This document shows positions 20,126 to 29,620 of a stretch of DNA of 56,742 nt, one piece after another. Source of the DNA: a virus (Duplodnaviria > Caudoviricetes); the IMG/VR virus record IMGVR_UViG_3300042521_001523, positions 1-56,742 of that record; one strand, given 5' to 3'. Made by a program: the position numbers and the translations under genes. The notes beneath the pieces were generated by a model that was not told the DNA's origin, searched no databases, and worked only from the letters and a program-made list of their open reading frames with translations. Position 1 is the stretch's first letter, and every line of letters begins with the position of its first letter.

Positions 20126-20641
20126 TCAGTGCTTGGCCATACGCACAGCGACCTCACCCACATCGACTACACGCCGGGTCCAGCCCTTGCCAAAGGTAGC
20201 GAAGGTCGGGAGGGCCTCAAGGAAGTGCTGCCGGGTACGCTGGTAGGTCTCAATCAGGGTGGCAGGGTCCTGCGCCTGCACGGCGGCCAGCGTCTTGGGG
20301 CCAATCGCGCCATCGGGCACTGCACCCACTGCCGACTGGAGCAACCGCACCGCCCGGCCAGGACCGCTGTTCACCGCCATGTCGAACACAACGTAGTCCA
20401 CGCCAGCGGGGAGGTCATCGCCACGTACAGCATCCCAATAGAGGGTCTTGTAGATCGCCTTGAGATGCTCGTCGGGGATAGCCCGAAGCTCTTCCTTCGA
20501 CGCCGGGCGACTTAGCCACGTCGAGTAGGTCTTGAGGGTGACGCCCTTCATGGTCGCGCCGCCAGGATCAGCAGGATGGTCAGCCCAACCACCTTCATGC
20601 TTCAGCACGTGGGGGAGGCTGGTGTCGAAGTTGCCCTTCAT
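20126..20641 (-). CDS. Endolysin, glycoside hydrolase family 108 with peptidoglycan-binding domain
   Basis: HEGGWADHPADPGGATMKGVT, FDMAVNSG, DGAIGPKT, FGKGWTRR. Confidence 0.92.
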   Translation of the reverse strand: MKGNFDTSLPHVLKHEGGWADHPADPGGATMKGVTLKTYSTWLSRPASKEELRAIPDEHLKAIYKTLYWDAVRGDDLPAGVDYVVFDMAVNSGPGRAVRLLQSAVGAVPDGAIGPKTLAAVQAQDPATLIETYQRTRQHFLEALPTFATFGKGWTRRVVDVGEVAVRMAKH

Positions 20642-21159
20642 CTGTCGCTCTTCAATACCTGATTGAGCTGCTGGGTCTTTTCGCGGGACCCAGCCGAGGA
20701 GCCGAAGTAGTAGCTGATGATAGCACCCCAGGCGGTCCCGAGGGTACCCAACATAACGAGCATAGCCTCACCGCCATTCGCGGGGAGCCCGTTGGCGATC
20801 ATCCATGAGAGGACACCGAAGAAACCGAACGTGACCGCCGCTGCCAGGGCACGCGGGGTCCAGTCGCCAGTCTTAATCTCGCGCTCGCGGGCGCTATTCC
20901 GATCCGCACTGGTGATGCGCTCAAGGTCGATATCAAGCTCGCGCATCCGCACAGCGAAGTCCTGTTCGGCCTGCTTCAATGCCAGCAGCTGCTCTGGCGT
21001 GGCGGTCTTCGCGGCCTCGATCAGCTCGTCCTCAGTACCGTCCGGTTTACCCAGCAGGGCCTCGGAGATCGCACGGGTCGCCATGCCCGCAAGCGGGCCG
21101 CCAACGGCGGTAGCGATGGACGGTGCGACCGTCCTAACGAGGTTGAGGAGCGGTTCCAT
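20638..21159 (-). CDS. Holin (3-TM GTA-release-like)
   Basis: APSIATAVGGP, DRNSARERE, C-terminal TM helices, YYFGSS; adjacent to endolysin. Confidence 0.75.
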   Translation of the reverse strand: MEPLLNLVRTVAPSIATAVGGPLAGMATRAISEALLGKPDGTEDELIEAAKTATPEQLLALKQAEQDFAVRMRELDIDLERITSADRNSAREREIKTGDWTPRALAAAVTFGFFGVLSWMIANGLPANGGEAMLVMLGTLGTAWGAIISYYFGSSAGSREKTQQLNQVLKSDR

Positions 21160-21625
21160 TCCGGGACTCCAAGAGGGCCACACGACGCTCAAGTTCGGTA
21201 ATCATGCGCGTCAGGTCAGCGCGAATGGATGCACGAGCAGCAGCCGCGTCAGCGGTTATCTCAAGTCGGCCACGCTCTATACCCGCCATGCTGCGCTCAC
21301 GGTCCAGCGTCATGTTGCCACGGGCAATGGAAGCGTCGCGCTCCACCTGCTCGATCCGGTTCGACAGTTGCTCGCGGATCTGGGCCATGTCGATGGTCGT
21401 GCCCTGCGGCGGGATCGCCCGGTTGTCCTGCGTCACAACCACGGCAATGCGGGACTTGAGGATGGTGATCTCGTTGTTCGCCGACGACAGGGAGGTCATC
21501 AGGTACACAACGCAGCTGAACAGGATCGGGATAGCGGCGAAAACGACCTTCTCGATCAGCGCGCCCTTCGAGGCGTTAGCTGCCATCTGCTCCGACATTT
21601 GTGCCTGCTTTGCGGCATCCGACAT
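21134..21625 (-). CDS. Single-TM coiled-coil lysis-module protein
   Basis: TM segment VVFAAIPILFSCVVYLM then coiled coil. Confidence 0.6.
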   Translation of the reverse strand: MSDAAKQAQMSEQMAANASKGALIEKVVFAAIPILFSCVVYLMTSLSSANNEITILKSRIAVVVTQDNRAIPPQGTTIDMAQIREQLSNRIEQVERDASIARGNMTLDRERSMAGIERGRLEITADAAAARASIRADLTRMITELERRVALLESRNGTAPQPR

Positions 21626-21637
21626 GGCGCTGATCCC

Positions 21638-21805
21638 CTAGTGCAGCTTGAAGGCTATACCGGCCAAGCCGGTAATGATGGCACCTGCCGCGACCATCAG
21701 GATGGTCTCAAGCCGCTTTAGTCGCGCATTGATGGCCTCATAGCGCAACTGACACACGGCCTCGTGGGATTGCAGGCGGGCCTCAGTTTCGCTGATCTGG
21801 ACCAT
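21638..21805 (-). CDS. Small holin-like membrane protein (not in ORF track)
   Basis: Translated manually: MVQISETEARLQSHEAVCQLRYEAINARLKRLETILMVAAGAIITGLAGIAFKLH. Confidence 0.7.
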   Translation of the reverse strand: MVQISETEARLQSHEAVCQLRYEAINARLKRLETILMVAAGAIITGLAGIAFKLH

Positions 21806-21981
21806 CAACCAGCTTCAGCATCAGCAATCGTGAGTTCACCCGCCGCCACCAGCGCCATGATGTTCTGGTAGTCGGTGTTGGCTGGGTCGAGCGGAACATA
21901 GCTCGTCACGCCGTTAATGTCGCACCGGATGCTAGCCGGGTTGCCGATGGGATCATTGTAGTATTGGGCGTTGGTGTACAT
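21805..21981 (-). CDS. Tail-fibre chaperone-like small protein, copy 1 (not in ORF track)
   Basis: MYTNAQYY..DINGVTSYVPLDPANTDYQNIMALVAAGELTIA; paralog of 24022-24201. Confidence 0.75.
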   Translation of the reverse strand: MYTNAQYYNDPIGNPASIRCDINGVTSYVPLDPANTDYQNIMALVAAGELTIADAEAG

Positions 21982-21984
21982 GGC

Positions 21985-23037
21985 TCAGAGTTCCGCGCTA
22001 AAGCTTGCGTAAGGTTGGTTGGCGGTACTGTTGCTTAGTGCCCGCATCAATTTACCGCGACCATCACCATCGGTCAGGCAGAAAAAGTAAAATCTTTGGG
22101 AGTCGAGAATAACGGCGGTAAGTGTCGTCGATGTCCAGACTCCTGCGTAGGAATAATACTCCACTGTTGTGTTTGATATTGACGCCGTTGGCGTTGCGCG
22201 CATTTGTTCAAAGAACATTTGAATGCCGCTGACTGCACCGGTTCCACCAAAGTACGATATAAACGCATCAAAGGTGGAGCCACAAAACGCAGAGAACCTT
22301 TGAAAATACCTCTGGCATAGCGCCAGTTCCTGCCCGTACTGCCTGCGTTCAAACGGCGTTGCGACGGTGCCGGGCTCAAACTGCACGTTTCCGACGTCCC
22401 AAGTGCCGCTCGTCTGCGCGCCCACGGTGAACAGGATCTCAACGCCGGTCGTCGCCGCCGCAGGCACCGCAATGTTGACGGAGTAGCGCGTCAGCGTGCT
22501 GGTGACCGTAAAGGTGCCGGTGGCAATCTGCGTCTTGGTCGGCGTACCAATGGTGCCGAAGGTGTCGTCGGTCGTAGCGTAGCTTGCCGTCCACGTCACC
22601 GTCGTCAGGAGCGAATTGGCAAGATCGACGGACAGCGTGCAGGTCTGGCCAGCAAGATCATAGCTGTTAAGCGCCTCAATGCGCTGGCCAATACCGACCG
22701 CCGTAACAGATGCGGCGCCCGTGATGCGAAGCAGGTTGCGGTTCGCCCCGGCGCCCGACACCTGTGCTGCCGTGACGTTTGCGCCTGTGCTGTAGACGAA
22801 GAAGCGGTCCACGCAGGGGTAGCCTGTGCTGGCCGTAGGCACGCCCGTACCAGCCGTCACGGTGGCCGACGTTGCCCGCTGAGCAATGTACATATTGCCG
22901 TTGATCAGCCGGTTTCGCAGGAAGCTGCTCGCCATCGCCGCAGTGCCCGCGAACGTCGCGTTGCCCGAGGCGTCGAGGACGATGTTGTTGCTCGCAGAGG
23001 CGGCGGACTTGAGGTTCGTGGCTTGAATTGTGGACAT
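21985..23037 (-). CDS. Tail fibre/receptor-binding protein, paralog C
   Basis: SSFLRNRLINGNM ... FERRQYGQELALCQRYFQ; lower-GC C-terminus. Confidence 0.75.
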   Translation of the reverse strand: MSTIQATNLKSAASASNNIVLDASGNATFAGTAAMASSFLRNRLINGNMYIAQRATSATVTAGTGVPTASTGYPCVDRFFVYSTGANVTAAQVSGAGANRNLLRITGAASVTAVGIGQRIEALNSYDLAGQTCTLSVDLANSLLTTVTWTASYATTDDTFGTIGTPTKTQIATGTFTVTSTLTRYSVNIAVPAAATTGVEILFTVGAQTSGTWDVGNVQFEPGTVATPFERRQYGQELALCQRYFQRFSAFCGSTFDAFISYFGGTGAVSGIQMFFEQMRATPTASISNTTVEYYSYAGVWTSTTLTAVILDSQRFYFFCLTDGDGRGKLMRALSNSTANQPYASFSAEL

Positions 23038-23276
23038 CAGCCGGGCATCCCCAGAGCGGTCTTGATCTCGTCGGGCGTCGCCGCCGCGTCGATATCGGTT
23101 TGCATGGCAGCGTACTTGGCCCGGATGGCAGCGCGAGCCGCTTCGGCTTCAGCCTCAACCGTGCCGGGCAGGCGCTTGGCGATTACCTCGTCATGTGGAG
23201 CGAACTCAGCAGCGCGCATCTGGCGGCGCATGTCGTGCGCGATGGCCTTGGCCTTGTTCACGTTGATCGTGATCAT
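23037..23276 (-). CDS. Tail-fibre assembly-like small protein
   Basis: MITINVNKAKAIAHDMRR..IDAAATPDEIK. Confidence 0.6.
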   Translation of the reverse strand: MITINVNKAKAIAHDMRRQMRAAEFAPHDEVIAKRLPGTVEAEAEAARAAIRAKYAAMQTDIDAAATPDEIKTALGMPG

Positions 23277-23467
23277 TCTGCGTACTCCCAAGCAGCGCGG
23301 AACGTCCGGTCGGTCGGGATGTCCGCGACGCTGACGATCTTCCAGGGCTTGCCAGACGGCACGTCCTTGGCGGCAATCTGCTCAATGGTTAGGCCGCACT
23401 CAGGAGCCGGGATGATGACGGCCACGCCGCCTTCGTCGGTCTTATAGATGATGCGCTGATCGGTCAT
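23273..23467 (-). CDS. Tail-fibre assembly-like small protein
   Basis: IAAKDVPSGKPWKIV..DIPTDRTFRAAW; AGGAG SD. Confidence 0.65.
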   Translation of the reverse strand: MTDQRIIYKTDEGGVAVIIPAPECGLTIEQIAAKDVPSGKPWKIVSVADIPTDRTFRAAWEYAE

Positions 23468-23482
23468 GGTTTTTAGCTCCTA

Positions 23483-24022
23483 TCAGCGGAAGACAGCGAC
23501 ACTGATGTAATCACTATCGCGCAAGATGCCATCCTCGTAGTGCCGAAGCTCTACACTTCCAGTAGCAGCGGAAATAGGGAACGTATCAGAGCCGTTGTTA
23601 GTCACACTCGGCGTCATATCTAAAAAAGTTGCATAGTTTGCGTCGACAATAGCATTTGTGTAGTTCACCCTGTAGGCTCCGACACCCAAATCAGTAATGC
23701 TGCTGACGTTCCCGCTCGCCTTAATTGTAACAGTTCCTCCGGTTCTACCGTCGAAACTCACCCAAGCCCGACAACCATATGCCACGGCTGCCGAACCATA
23801 GCCGGAGTTGAACGACAAGTTGCCGCTGATGGACTGGGTCCCGGTGATGGTCACGCCTGTCGAAGTGCCCAGCAGCACCTGAGTGCCGTTGGCAGCCAGC
23901 GCCACTTGGTCGGCCGCAGGGAAGAACATCCCGGTGTTGGTGTCAGTGCCCTGCACGGCAGGCGTTCCGGCAGAGCCGTCCGTGCCAGAGATGCCGGTGG
24001 AGCCGTTGATGATCACGGGCAT
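23483..24022 (-). CDS. Short tail fibre-like protein B
   Basis: DTNTGMFFPAAD, CRAWVSFDG, SGNVSSITDLGVG fibre motifs. Confidence 0.7.
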   Translation of the reverse strand: MPVIINGSTGISGTDGSAGTPAVQGTDTNTGMFFPAADQVALAANGTQVLLGTSTGVTITGTQSISGNLSFNSGYGSAAVAYGCRAWVSFDGRTGGTVTIKASGNVSSITDLGVGAYRVNYTNAIVDANYATFLDMTPSVTNNGSDTFPISAATGSVELRHYEDGILRDSDYISVAVFR

Positions 24023-24201
24023 CAGGGGGTCTCCGAAGGGGCGATGACAAGCTTACCTTCTGCCACCAGCGCCATGATGCGCTGATAATCGGTGTTGGCT
24101 GGGTCGGTTGGGATGGAGTGCGTCACCCCGTTGATGTCAACCAGAAAATCCAAAAGCCGGTTTGTGGCCGGGTCCAGGATGCGCCTTGCGTTGCTGTACA
24201 T
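24022..24201 (-). CDS. Tail-fibre chaperone-like small protein, copy 2
   Basis: MYSNARR..DINGVTHSIPTDPANTDYQRIMALVAEGKLVIA. Confidence 0.75.
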   Translation of the reverse strand: MYSNARRILDPATNRLLDFLVDINGVTHSIPTDPANTDYQRIMALVAEGKLVIAPSETP

Positions 24202-24203
24202 GA

Positions 24204-25388
24204 TCAAAGCTCCGAAGATGCGGCAGAGCGATAGCCAATAACCTGACATGTTCCAGCGGCGGCAGCTACCAAACTTGCAAATCCAGAATTAACGGATGAG
24301 TACGTTGAGTTAAACGCGTTTGCAGAATTGTTAACAACAATTTGCGTGCTGTTTGGGTCAGCGCCTAGAGCACTAAACGACGGCACAGCCCTCATCTGAA
24401 CTTGAAATGGGGTTTGTATTTGCAAAACATTGCCGCCGCCAGCGGCGCTAAAGCTCATGCTAAACGGAACATGCTGAAAGTACCTCTGGCACAGATCTAG
24501 TTCCTGCCCGAACTGCCGACGCTCAAAAGGTGTGGCTACAGAGCCAACCTCAAGCTGAGCGCCGGTCAGGAGCCAAGTCGCATTGAGTGTGCCGATGACC
24601 GAAACAGCGCCGGTCGCGGATACGAAGTTGCTAGAAGCCCATGCGCCTGCCGTGCCGCTATAAGTAGAGCCGACGCCCAAGCCAAACTGAACGCGAATGC
24701 CGATTCCTGTGTCCGTTAGCCAAGTGCCCGACGTGTCTCCGGGAATGGTAACGGTTTTGTATTCCCAAGTGTTGGCGGCACTGATGCTGTAGGTATATGG
24801 GTAGCTACGATTACCCGCTGAGTTTTTTAGGACGCCGCCGAAAGTACCCGTTAGGGACGAGCGCACCCAAAACGAGAGCGTGACAGTCTGAGCCGATGCG
24901 GTTCCCCAGCCCAAATCTGAGATGTTGGAGCCTTCAATAACCTGCTCCATAATGCAATACTGTAATGCGCTCAAAGAAGCGTCTGCGGTGGTGGTTGTGA
25001 ACTGAAGGGAGTTAACGAAGCCGGTGGGCGCCGTAGTGACCCGTTGTGCGGTCATCGCACCGTCGGTGTCTTCATATCCCCTAAAGCGATCAATAGTGTA
25101 CAGACCGCCGGCATCAAGAGTGACGCTCGCCCCAGCATTCCGCTGGTCGATCCGCATGTCGCCATTGATGATGCGGTTCCGCAGGAAGCTGCTTGACGGC
25201 ACAAGCCCCGCATTGAAGGTCGCGTTACCCGAGAAGGTCGTCGTGCCAGAGTAGGTGACGTTGCCGCTGCCATCGGCAGCCACCACCGTACCCGAAGTGG
25301 CGGGGAGGTTCAGCGTGAAGGTGCTGGCCGTGCTGGGCACGTCGAGGGTGACAGAGCCGCCACCGGAGCTGTTCAGGCGTACAGGCAT
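24204..25388 (-). CDS. Tail fibre/receptor-binding protein, paralog A
   Basis: SSFLRNRIINGDMRIDQR, TLSFWVRS, QLEVGSVATPFERR, ELDLCQRYFQ. Confidence 0.78.
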   Translation of the reverse strand: MPVRLNSSGGGSVTLDVPSTASTFTLNLPATSGTVVAADGSGNVTYSGTTTFSGNATFNAGLVPSSSFLRNRIINGDMRIDQRNAGASVTLDAGGLYTIDRFRGYEDTDGAMTAQRVTTAPTGFVNSLQFTTTTADASLSALQYCIMEQVIEGSNISDLGWGTASAQTVTLSFWVRSSLTGTFGGVLKNSAGNRSYPYTYSISAANTWEYKTVTIPGDTSGTWLTDTGIGIRVQFGLGVGSTYSGTAGAWASSNFVSATGAVSVIGTLNATWLLTGAQLEVGSVATPFERRQFGQELDLCQRYFQHVPFSMSFSAAGGGNVLQIQTPFQVQMRAVPSFSALGADPNSTQIVVNNSANAFNSTYSSVNSGFASLVAAAAGTCQVIGYRSAASSEL

Positions 25389-25389
25389 C

Positions 25390-26169
25390 TCAAACCACCG
25401 TCCATGTGCTGCCAGAGGGCACGGTCACGACTGCCCCACTCGCCACGGTGACCGGTCCAAAGGTACCGGCGTTCTGTCCGCTCGGAATGGAGTAGTTCGT
25501 GGTGACGGTCTGGTCATTAAGGTGGAAGATCTTATCCGACGAACCGCCGGTCGCACCGCCGCCGATGCTACCCCAGGCCGTGCCGTTGTGGCCCTCGAAG
25601 CTGTTGAGCGAACTGTTATAGCGGAGGTAGCCGGTCGCACCTGTGGGGCGCTCGCCGGTCGTACCAACAGGCACCAGGATCGCATCGGTGCTGCTGATAG
25701 CCAACTTCACCGCCGGGGTGGGCGTACCCACACCAACGTTACCGGTCCCCGTCACGACGAAGGGGGTGGAGTCCGTGCTGGCCGCATCCTCAACAACCAG
25801 AGCATTGCCAGCGCCGGTCTGCGTGATGCGAAGCGCATCCGAAGAGGAGTTGTCGGTGATCGCCGCTGCGCCCACCACATCAAGGCGCACACCCGGCGAG
25901 TTCGTACCGATACCAACGTTCCCGCTCGCATTGACGATGAGCGGTGTGGAGTCGGGGTTAGCCTCATCCTCGACGAGGAGTGCAGCACCGGTACCCACCT
26001 GCGTGATCCGCAGAGCGGTTGAGGTGCTGTTGACGTTAACGACCGTAGGACCAGTGAGGGTACCCCCACCGGTCTCCAACTTGTCGCTGTTCAGGTTGGT
26101 AAAGTTCGCATCCACCTCAGCATTTGTGAGGGGTGAGCCCTTACCAGCCCGGGTGATGATCGTTGCCAT
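25390..26169 (-). CDS. Tail fibre protein
   Basis: KGSPLTNAEVDANF; duplicated ALRITQ.G.G.AL.VED...DSTP..V...GNVG.GT repeats; GTTGERP..LRYN. Confidence 0.75.
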   Translation of the reverse strand: MATIITRAGKGSPLTNAEVDANFTNLNSDKLETGGGTLTGPTVVNVNSTSTALRITQVGTGAALLVEDEANPDSTPLIVNASGNVGIGTNSPGVRLDVVGAAAITDNSSSDALRITQTGAGNALVVEDAASTDSTPFVVTGTGNVGVGTPTPAVKLAISSTDAILVPVGTTGERPTGATGYLRYNSSLNSFEGHNGTAWGSIGGGATGGSSDKIFHLNDQTVTTNYSIPSGQNAGTFGPVTVASGAVVTVPSGSTWTVV

Positions 26170-26179
26170 CTAAACCTCG

Positions 26180-26638
26180 TCAGGCCGAGATCGTCACAGT
26201 CCAGGTAACCTGGAGCGTGTCGGAGGCGCCCTTGTTCACCACCGAGAACACCGTGCGGCAGAGCATGGTACCAGAGGTAGAGGCATTGAAGATACCAGCT
26301 TCGGTCACCGCGCCAGTGGCTTCGCCCGCGTTGAAGGTAGTGACATAGACGATGTTCTCGTTGTTCGAGCCGGTGCGGTTGGCGCTATCGAACGTCTTGC
26401 GCGAACCAAGCGCAGAACCAAGAGCGGTATCACCGGCAGCAGCAGGCGACGTACCAGCGCCAAGACCCATGTGGCTCATCACGTTCTGTGAGGTGCCCAC
26501 CATGCGGGAGGTGATGTGGTCAAGGCCGGTGTTCACAACGAGGTTCTTCACCTCGCGCACATCCTTCACCTTCCCATCTGCGCCCTTCAGCACGATGGTC
26601 AGGCGGCCTGTCATCCCCAACTTCTCAACCGGTCCCAT
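26180..26638 (-). CDS. Tail structural protein
   Basis: NLVVNTG, TEAGIFNA..GTMLCRTVFSVVNK. Confidence 0.7.
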   Translation of the reverse strand: MGPVEKLGMTGRLTIVLKGADGKVKDVREVKNLVVNTGLDHITSRMVGTSQNVMSHMGLGAGTSPAAAGDTALGSALGSRKTFDSANRTGSNNENIVYVTTFNAGEATGAVTEAGIFNASTSGTMLCRTVFSVVNKGASDTLQVTWTVTISA

Positions 26639-26647
26639 GGTGTCCTC

Positions 26648-27286
26648 CTAGGTAAAGGCGCGAGAGACGCCCACGTAATCCTCGGCGAAGTAGCTGAAGT
26701 CGCAGTAGTCCTGCATCCGCAAGCTACCGCTATCCGAGGCTACCGGCTGGTCTATGATAACAAGCCTGGGCGCCAAAGCAACGACATCTAGCAAGCTGGC
26801 CGTATCCGTGGGTAGCTTACCCACGGAGCGCACGGATGTATCAGCCAGGGCAGCAGTGTCAGCAAAGCCCTTGGTTATAGAGCGAGTAGCAGCATCCGCC
26901 GCCGTCGCGGTATCGCTTAGGTTCTTCCCAACCCGGCGAACTGCGGTATCCGCTACAGAGAAGCTATCGCTAAAGCTCCTCGGAGCAAAGAACGCTAGTA
27001 CATCCCTAGCTAGGGCAGTATCAGCAAGAACCTTACCAACACTTAGAGCAAACGGGACACCGACATACCCCGGATCGGTATAGTCCTCAGCGAAGTAGGT
27101 CTCACCTTCTGACACCCGTGCGGTGTCAGTGAGAAACTTTAATTTAAAAAACTCACCGAGGGCGTAGCGAAACCTTATGTAGGGTACGACAACCGCCGAC
27201 CCGATAACCCCAGCCTTGTAGGCAGCATTGACCGCTGCGGTGCGAATGACCGCCCGGATGCGCCTAAGGGTAGGGTCTATCCTCAC
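26648..27286 (-). CDS. Structural protein with ~19-aa GK.L.DTA...D repeats
   Basis: Repeats and duplicated YFAEDY visible. Confidence 0.65.
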   Translation of the reverse strand: MRIDPTLRRIRAVIRTAAVNAAYKAGVIGSAVVVPYIRFRYALGEFFKLKFLTDTARVSEGETYFAEDYTDPGYVGVPFALSVGKVLADTALARDVLAFFAPRSFSDSFSVADTAVRRVGKNLSDTATAADAATRSITKGFADTAALADTSVRSVGKLPTDTASLLDVVALAPRLVIIDQPVASDSGSLRMQDYCDFSYFAEDYVGVSRAFT

Positions 27287-27633
27287 GCAAACTGGTCTCG
27301 GAGCCTGAACTTCAGCACGTCGTAGACCGTCTGCCGCATACCCGTGGCAAACAGCACCTCAACCTCGCCATCGTAGTCACCCGGCGTCTGGTTTAGATCC
27401 GAGGCTCCCCAGATGATCAGGGCAACCCCCTGGCTGGCAGTGCCGGTAGGGATGGTCAATGGGCGGCTAACCACCACGGTCCCGGTCGTAAGGGACTTCA
27501 TATACAACGTGGCCGTTGCGCCGCTCAGGTTGATGGGCGATCCGGTGCTCTCATCCGTCAAGGTGAGCTGGATCTGCGGCCCAGTGTCGTTCTTGACCAG
27601 TCGGATACGGTTGTCGGTGATGCGAGGGTCCAC
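27283..27633 (-). CDS. BppU-N-like Ig-fold tail protein
   Basis: NDTGP..LTD...INLSGAT..G.YDGEVEV. Confidence 0.6.
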   Translation of the reverse strand: MDPRITDNRIRLVKNDTGPQIQLTLTDESTGSPINLSGATATLYMKSLTTGTVVVSRPLTIPTGTASQGVALIIWGASDLNQTPGDYDGEVEVLFATGMRQTVYDVLKFRLRDQFA

Positions 27634-27642
27634 GGCTACCTC

Positions 27643-28314
27643 CTAAGCAAACGGCGGGAACCGCACGGAGAGGGACCCCCGGAACACACCAAGGTTGGCC
27701 TGCGCCCGCGCCTCGTTCAGCGTGAAGATGAACTGCTTGGCGTGGTAGGTGGCCAACTCACGATCAGCCCACTCTACCTTCGGCATCACCAGGAGGTTCT
27801 GGAGCGCCGAGTGCATGATGGGCAACTCGTACTCATCGAACACACCCTCATCCATCTCCAGCGCACTGCGCGAGGGCTTGAGGGCGTAGATCATCCGCAG
27901 GGTGTAGGTCACCGCTGCGTCAGGCGCGGGGAGCACGATGTAGCGGTGCACATCGACCTGCGCGACCGAACGCGGCTCCGTGCCGTTCTCCTCGATATCC
28001 TGGCTCGTCGTCGAGGTGACCGGCCACGTCGGGTAGAGGTTCCGCGCGTCGTCGAGAGTGAGGATCTCAAGCGGCGAGTTATTCAGCGTCGCCAGCAGCA
28101 CCGCCTGCACCTGCGTGTCAGCGGGCTTGTTGAAGGTGTACTGGTACTGCCCAGGCGTCAGGTTGAACACGGGCTGCTCGTAGCGCCAAATGAGGGCGCG
28201 CTCGCACACCCGGATCGCAGCATCACGGATGTACTGAACGATCAGCGGATAGGGGCAACCCGGCACACTGGCGCTGACCTTAGCTGAGAGGGTGGAGAAG
28301 GCACGAGATGCCAT
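27643..28314 (-). CDS. Head-tail adaptor/tail tubular A-like protein
   Basis: VPGCP...IRDAAIRVCERALIW; position after capsid genes. Confidence 0.6.
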   Translation of the reverse strand: MASRAFSTLSAKVSASVPGCPYPLIVQYIRDAAIRVCERALIWRYEQPVFNLTPGQYQYTFNKPADTQVQAVLLATLNNSPLEILTLDDARNLYPTWPVTSTTSQDIEENGTEPRSVAQVDVHRYIVLPAPDAAVTYTLRMIYALKPSRSALEMDEGVFDEYELPIMHSALQNLLVMPKVEWADRELATYHAKQFIFTLNEARAQANLGVFRGSLSVRFPPFA

Positions 28315-28316
28315 GA

Positions 28317-28952
28317 TCACCTACCCCTGCTCGGCATACGCTCGTTGTCGAGGATCGCCTGCTGTTGGAGATCCACGCCGAGCGCGCTGGTGAAGGACTC
28401 AAGGAACAGCTTGGCGCGGTTGGAGTTCACATGCTCATCGTCGATGGATGAGGCGAGGAACACCACGCCATCCACCACCACGCCGAGGTAGGTGTCCTTC
28501 AGATACAGGATCGTCTGGTTGATGGTGTAGGCAATCGGCTCCACCACATACTCAACCGTCGCCGTCAGGTTGGCGATGGGGCGCGGATAGAGGAAGAACT
28601 TGGTCGCGTTGCGCGGGTGGCGGATGAAGTTGAACGGAATGCCAGAAGGGTCGGACACCCACTGCGGGTAGGCCCGCTCCAGCACCTCGCGCTCAACCTC
28701 GTTGACCGAGTTGTAGTTGTCGATGAAGAACACCTGCACCAGCCGATGCGCATCGGAAGGCAGATCCTGGATCACCGTATTGGCCGTGAGCGGCACGCTA
28801 ACGATGTTCGTGAACAGCGTCGGACGGAAGACAGCCATCCGCTTCAGCGTCTGGTTCACATACCCCACGAGGTCTGTGTCGCTGTAGCGGTAGGGTGCCT
28901 GGGTATCCTGGAGGAGCTTACGCGCCTCCACGATCACGTCCGAAGGTGTCAC
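28317..28952 (-). CDS. Head-tail adaptor protein (DUF6682-like)
   Basis: ARKLLQD..RYSDTDLVGYVN..FFLYP. Confidence 0.6.
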   Translation of the reverse strand: MTPSDVIVEARKLLQDTQAPYRYSDTDLVGYVNQTLKRMAVFRPTLFTNIVSVPLTANTVIQDLPSDAHRLVQVFFIDNYNSVNEVEREVLERAYPQWVSDPSGIPFNFIRHPRNATKFFLYPRPIANLTATVEYVVEPIAYTINQTILYLKDTYLGVVVDGVVFLASSIDDEHVNSNRAKLFLESFTSALGVDLQQQAILDNERMPSRGR

Positions 28953-29215
28953 GGGAGCCCCCTCGAAGCCTCAGCGTTGAGCGCCTCGTTTGTATAGCCG
29001 GGCTCTTCCGGGATGTCAGCCGTGAACAGGTCCACAGGCTCCCGCTTCTTCCGGCCACGCTTGGCGGCAATAGCTTCGATGGCAGCAACAGGGATGAAAC
29101 GTTCAGGGTACGCCTCTTCCTCCGTCACCTCATAGAGATGCGGGTTGTTCGCCAGGATGGGGTCCCACTCGAAGATCCACCCGTCCTTCCGGCTCTTGAG
29201 GTAGCGAATGGTCAT
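28949..29215 (-). CDS. Hypothetical protein
   Basis: 88 aa from ATG 29215 after GAAGAAGG. Confidence 0.65.
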   Translation of the reverse strand: MTIRYLKSRKDGWIFEWDPILANNPHLYEVTEEEAYPERFIPVAAIEAIAAKRGRKKREPVDLFTADIPEEPGYTNEALNAEASRGLP

Positions 29216-29217
29216 GG

Positions 29218-29451
29218 TCAGACCTTCTTCTTCCGCCCAGAGGGCGTAACGGGCCAAGACTGCCGGGCAGGCCCAGTCTTGCGCGCAGCCACAGATCGCT
29301 TCTCAGCAGTGGTCATTTTAGCAGCAGCGGCCTTCGGGCGGCAAGCAGGATAGCCCCGGCGGTCCTTATCGCCCGAGCGCCCGCACTCCTTGCCGGTCTT
29401 CACATCAACCCACTTCTCACCGAACCACTTGCCGAGCCCGCCCTTAGCCAC
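29218..29451 (-). CDS. Small basic protein (DUF5872-like, C-terminal half)
   Basis: GLGKWFGEKWVDV..CGR..YPACRP. Confidence 0.6.
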   Translation of the reverse strand: MAKGGLGKWFGEKWVDVKTGKECGRSGDKDRRGYPACRPKAAAAKMTTAEKRSVAARKTGPARQSWPVTPSGRKKKV

Positions 29452-29620
29452 GAGGTTTCTTGACCCGGTTGTCCGGGCCTCCCCAGGTTCCACCGCGCTT
29501 CTTGTACTCCTTGGCAGCCCAAGCGTTAGCGTAGGCCGAAGGGTACACGTCGAACTTGGCCTTGGCCGCCGCCTTCACGCGGGACCAAAGGGCAGGGTTC
29601 TTGGGGGTCGAGGCAGCCAT
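29444..29620 (-). CDS. Small basic protein (DUF5872-like, N-terminal half)
   Basis: NPALWSRVK..YPSAYANAWAAKEYKKRGG. Confidence 0.6.
   Translation of the reverse strand: MAASTPKNPALWSRVKAAAKAKFDVYPSAYANAWAAKEYKKRGGTWGGPDNRVKKPRG

Noticed and set aside
21985-25388. Diversity-generating retroelement or invertible shufflon
   Set aside because: No reverse transcriptase or invertase, repeats are direct, and differences are not adenine-specific
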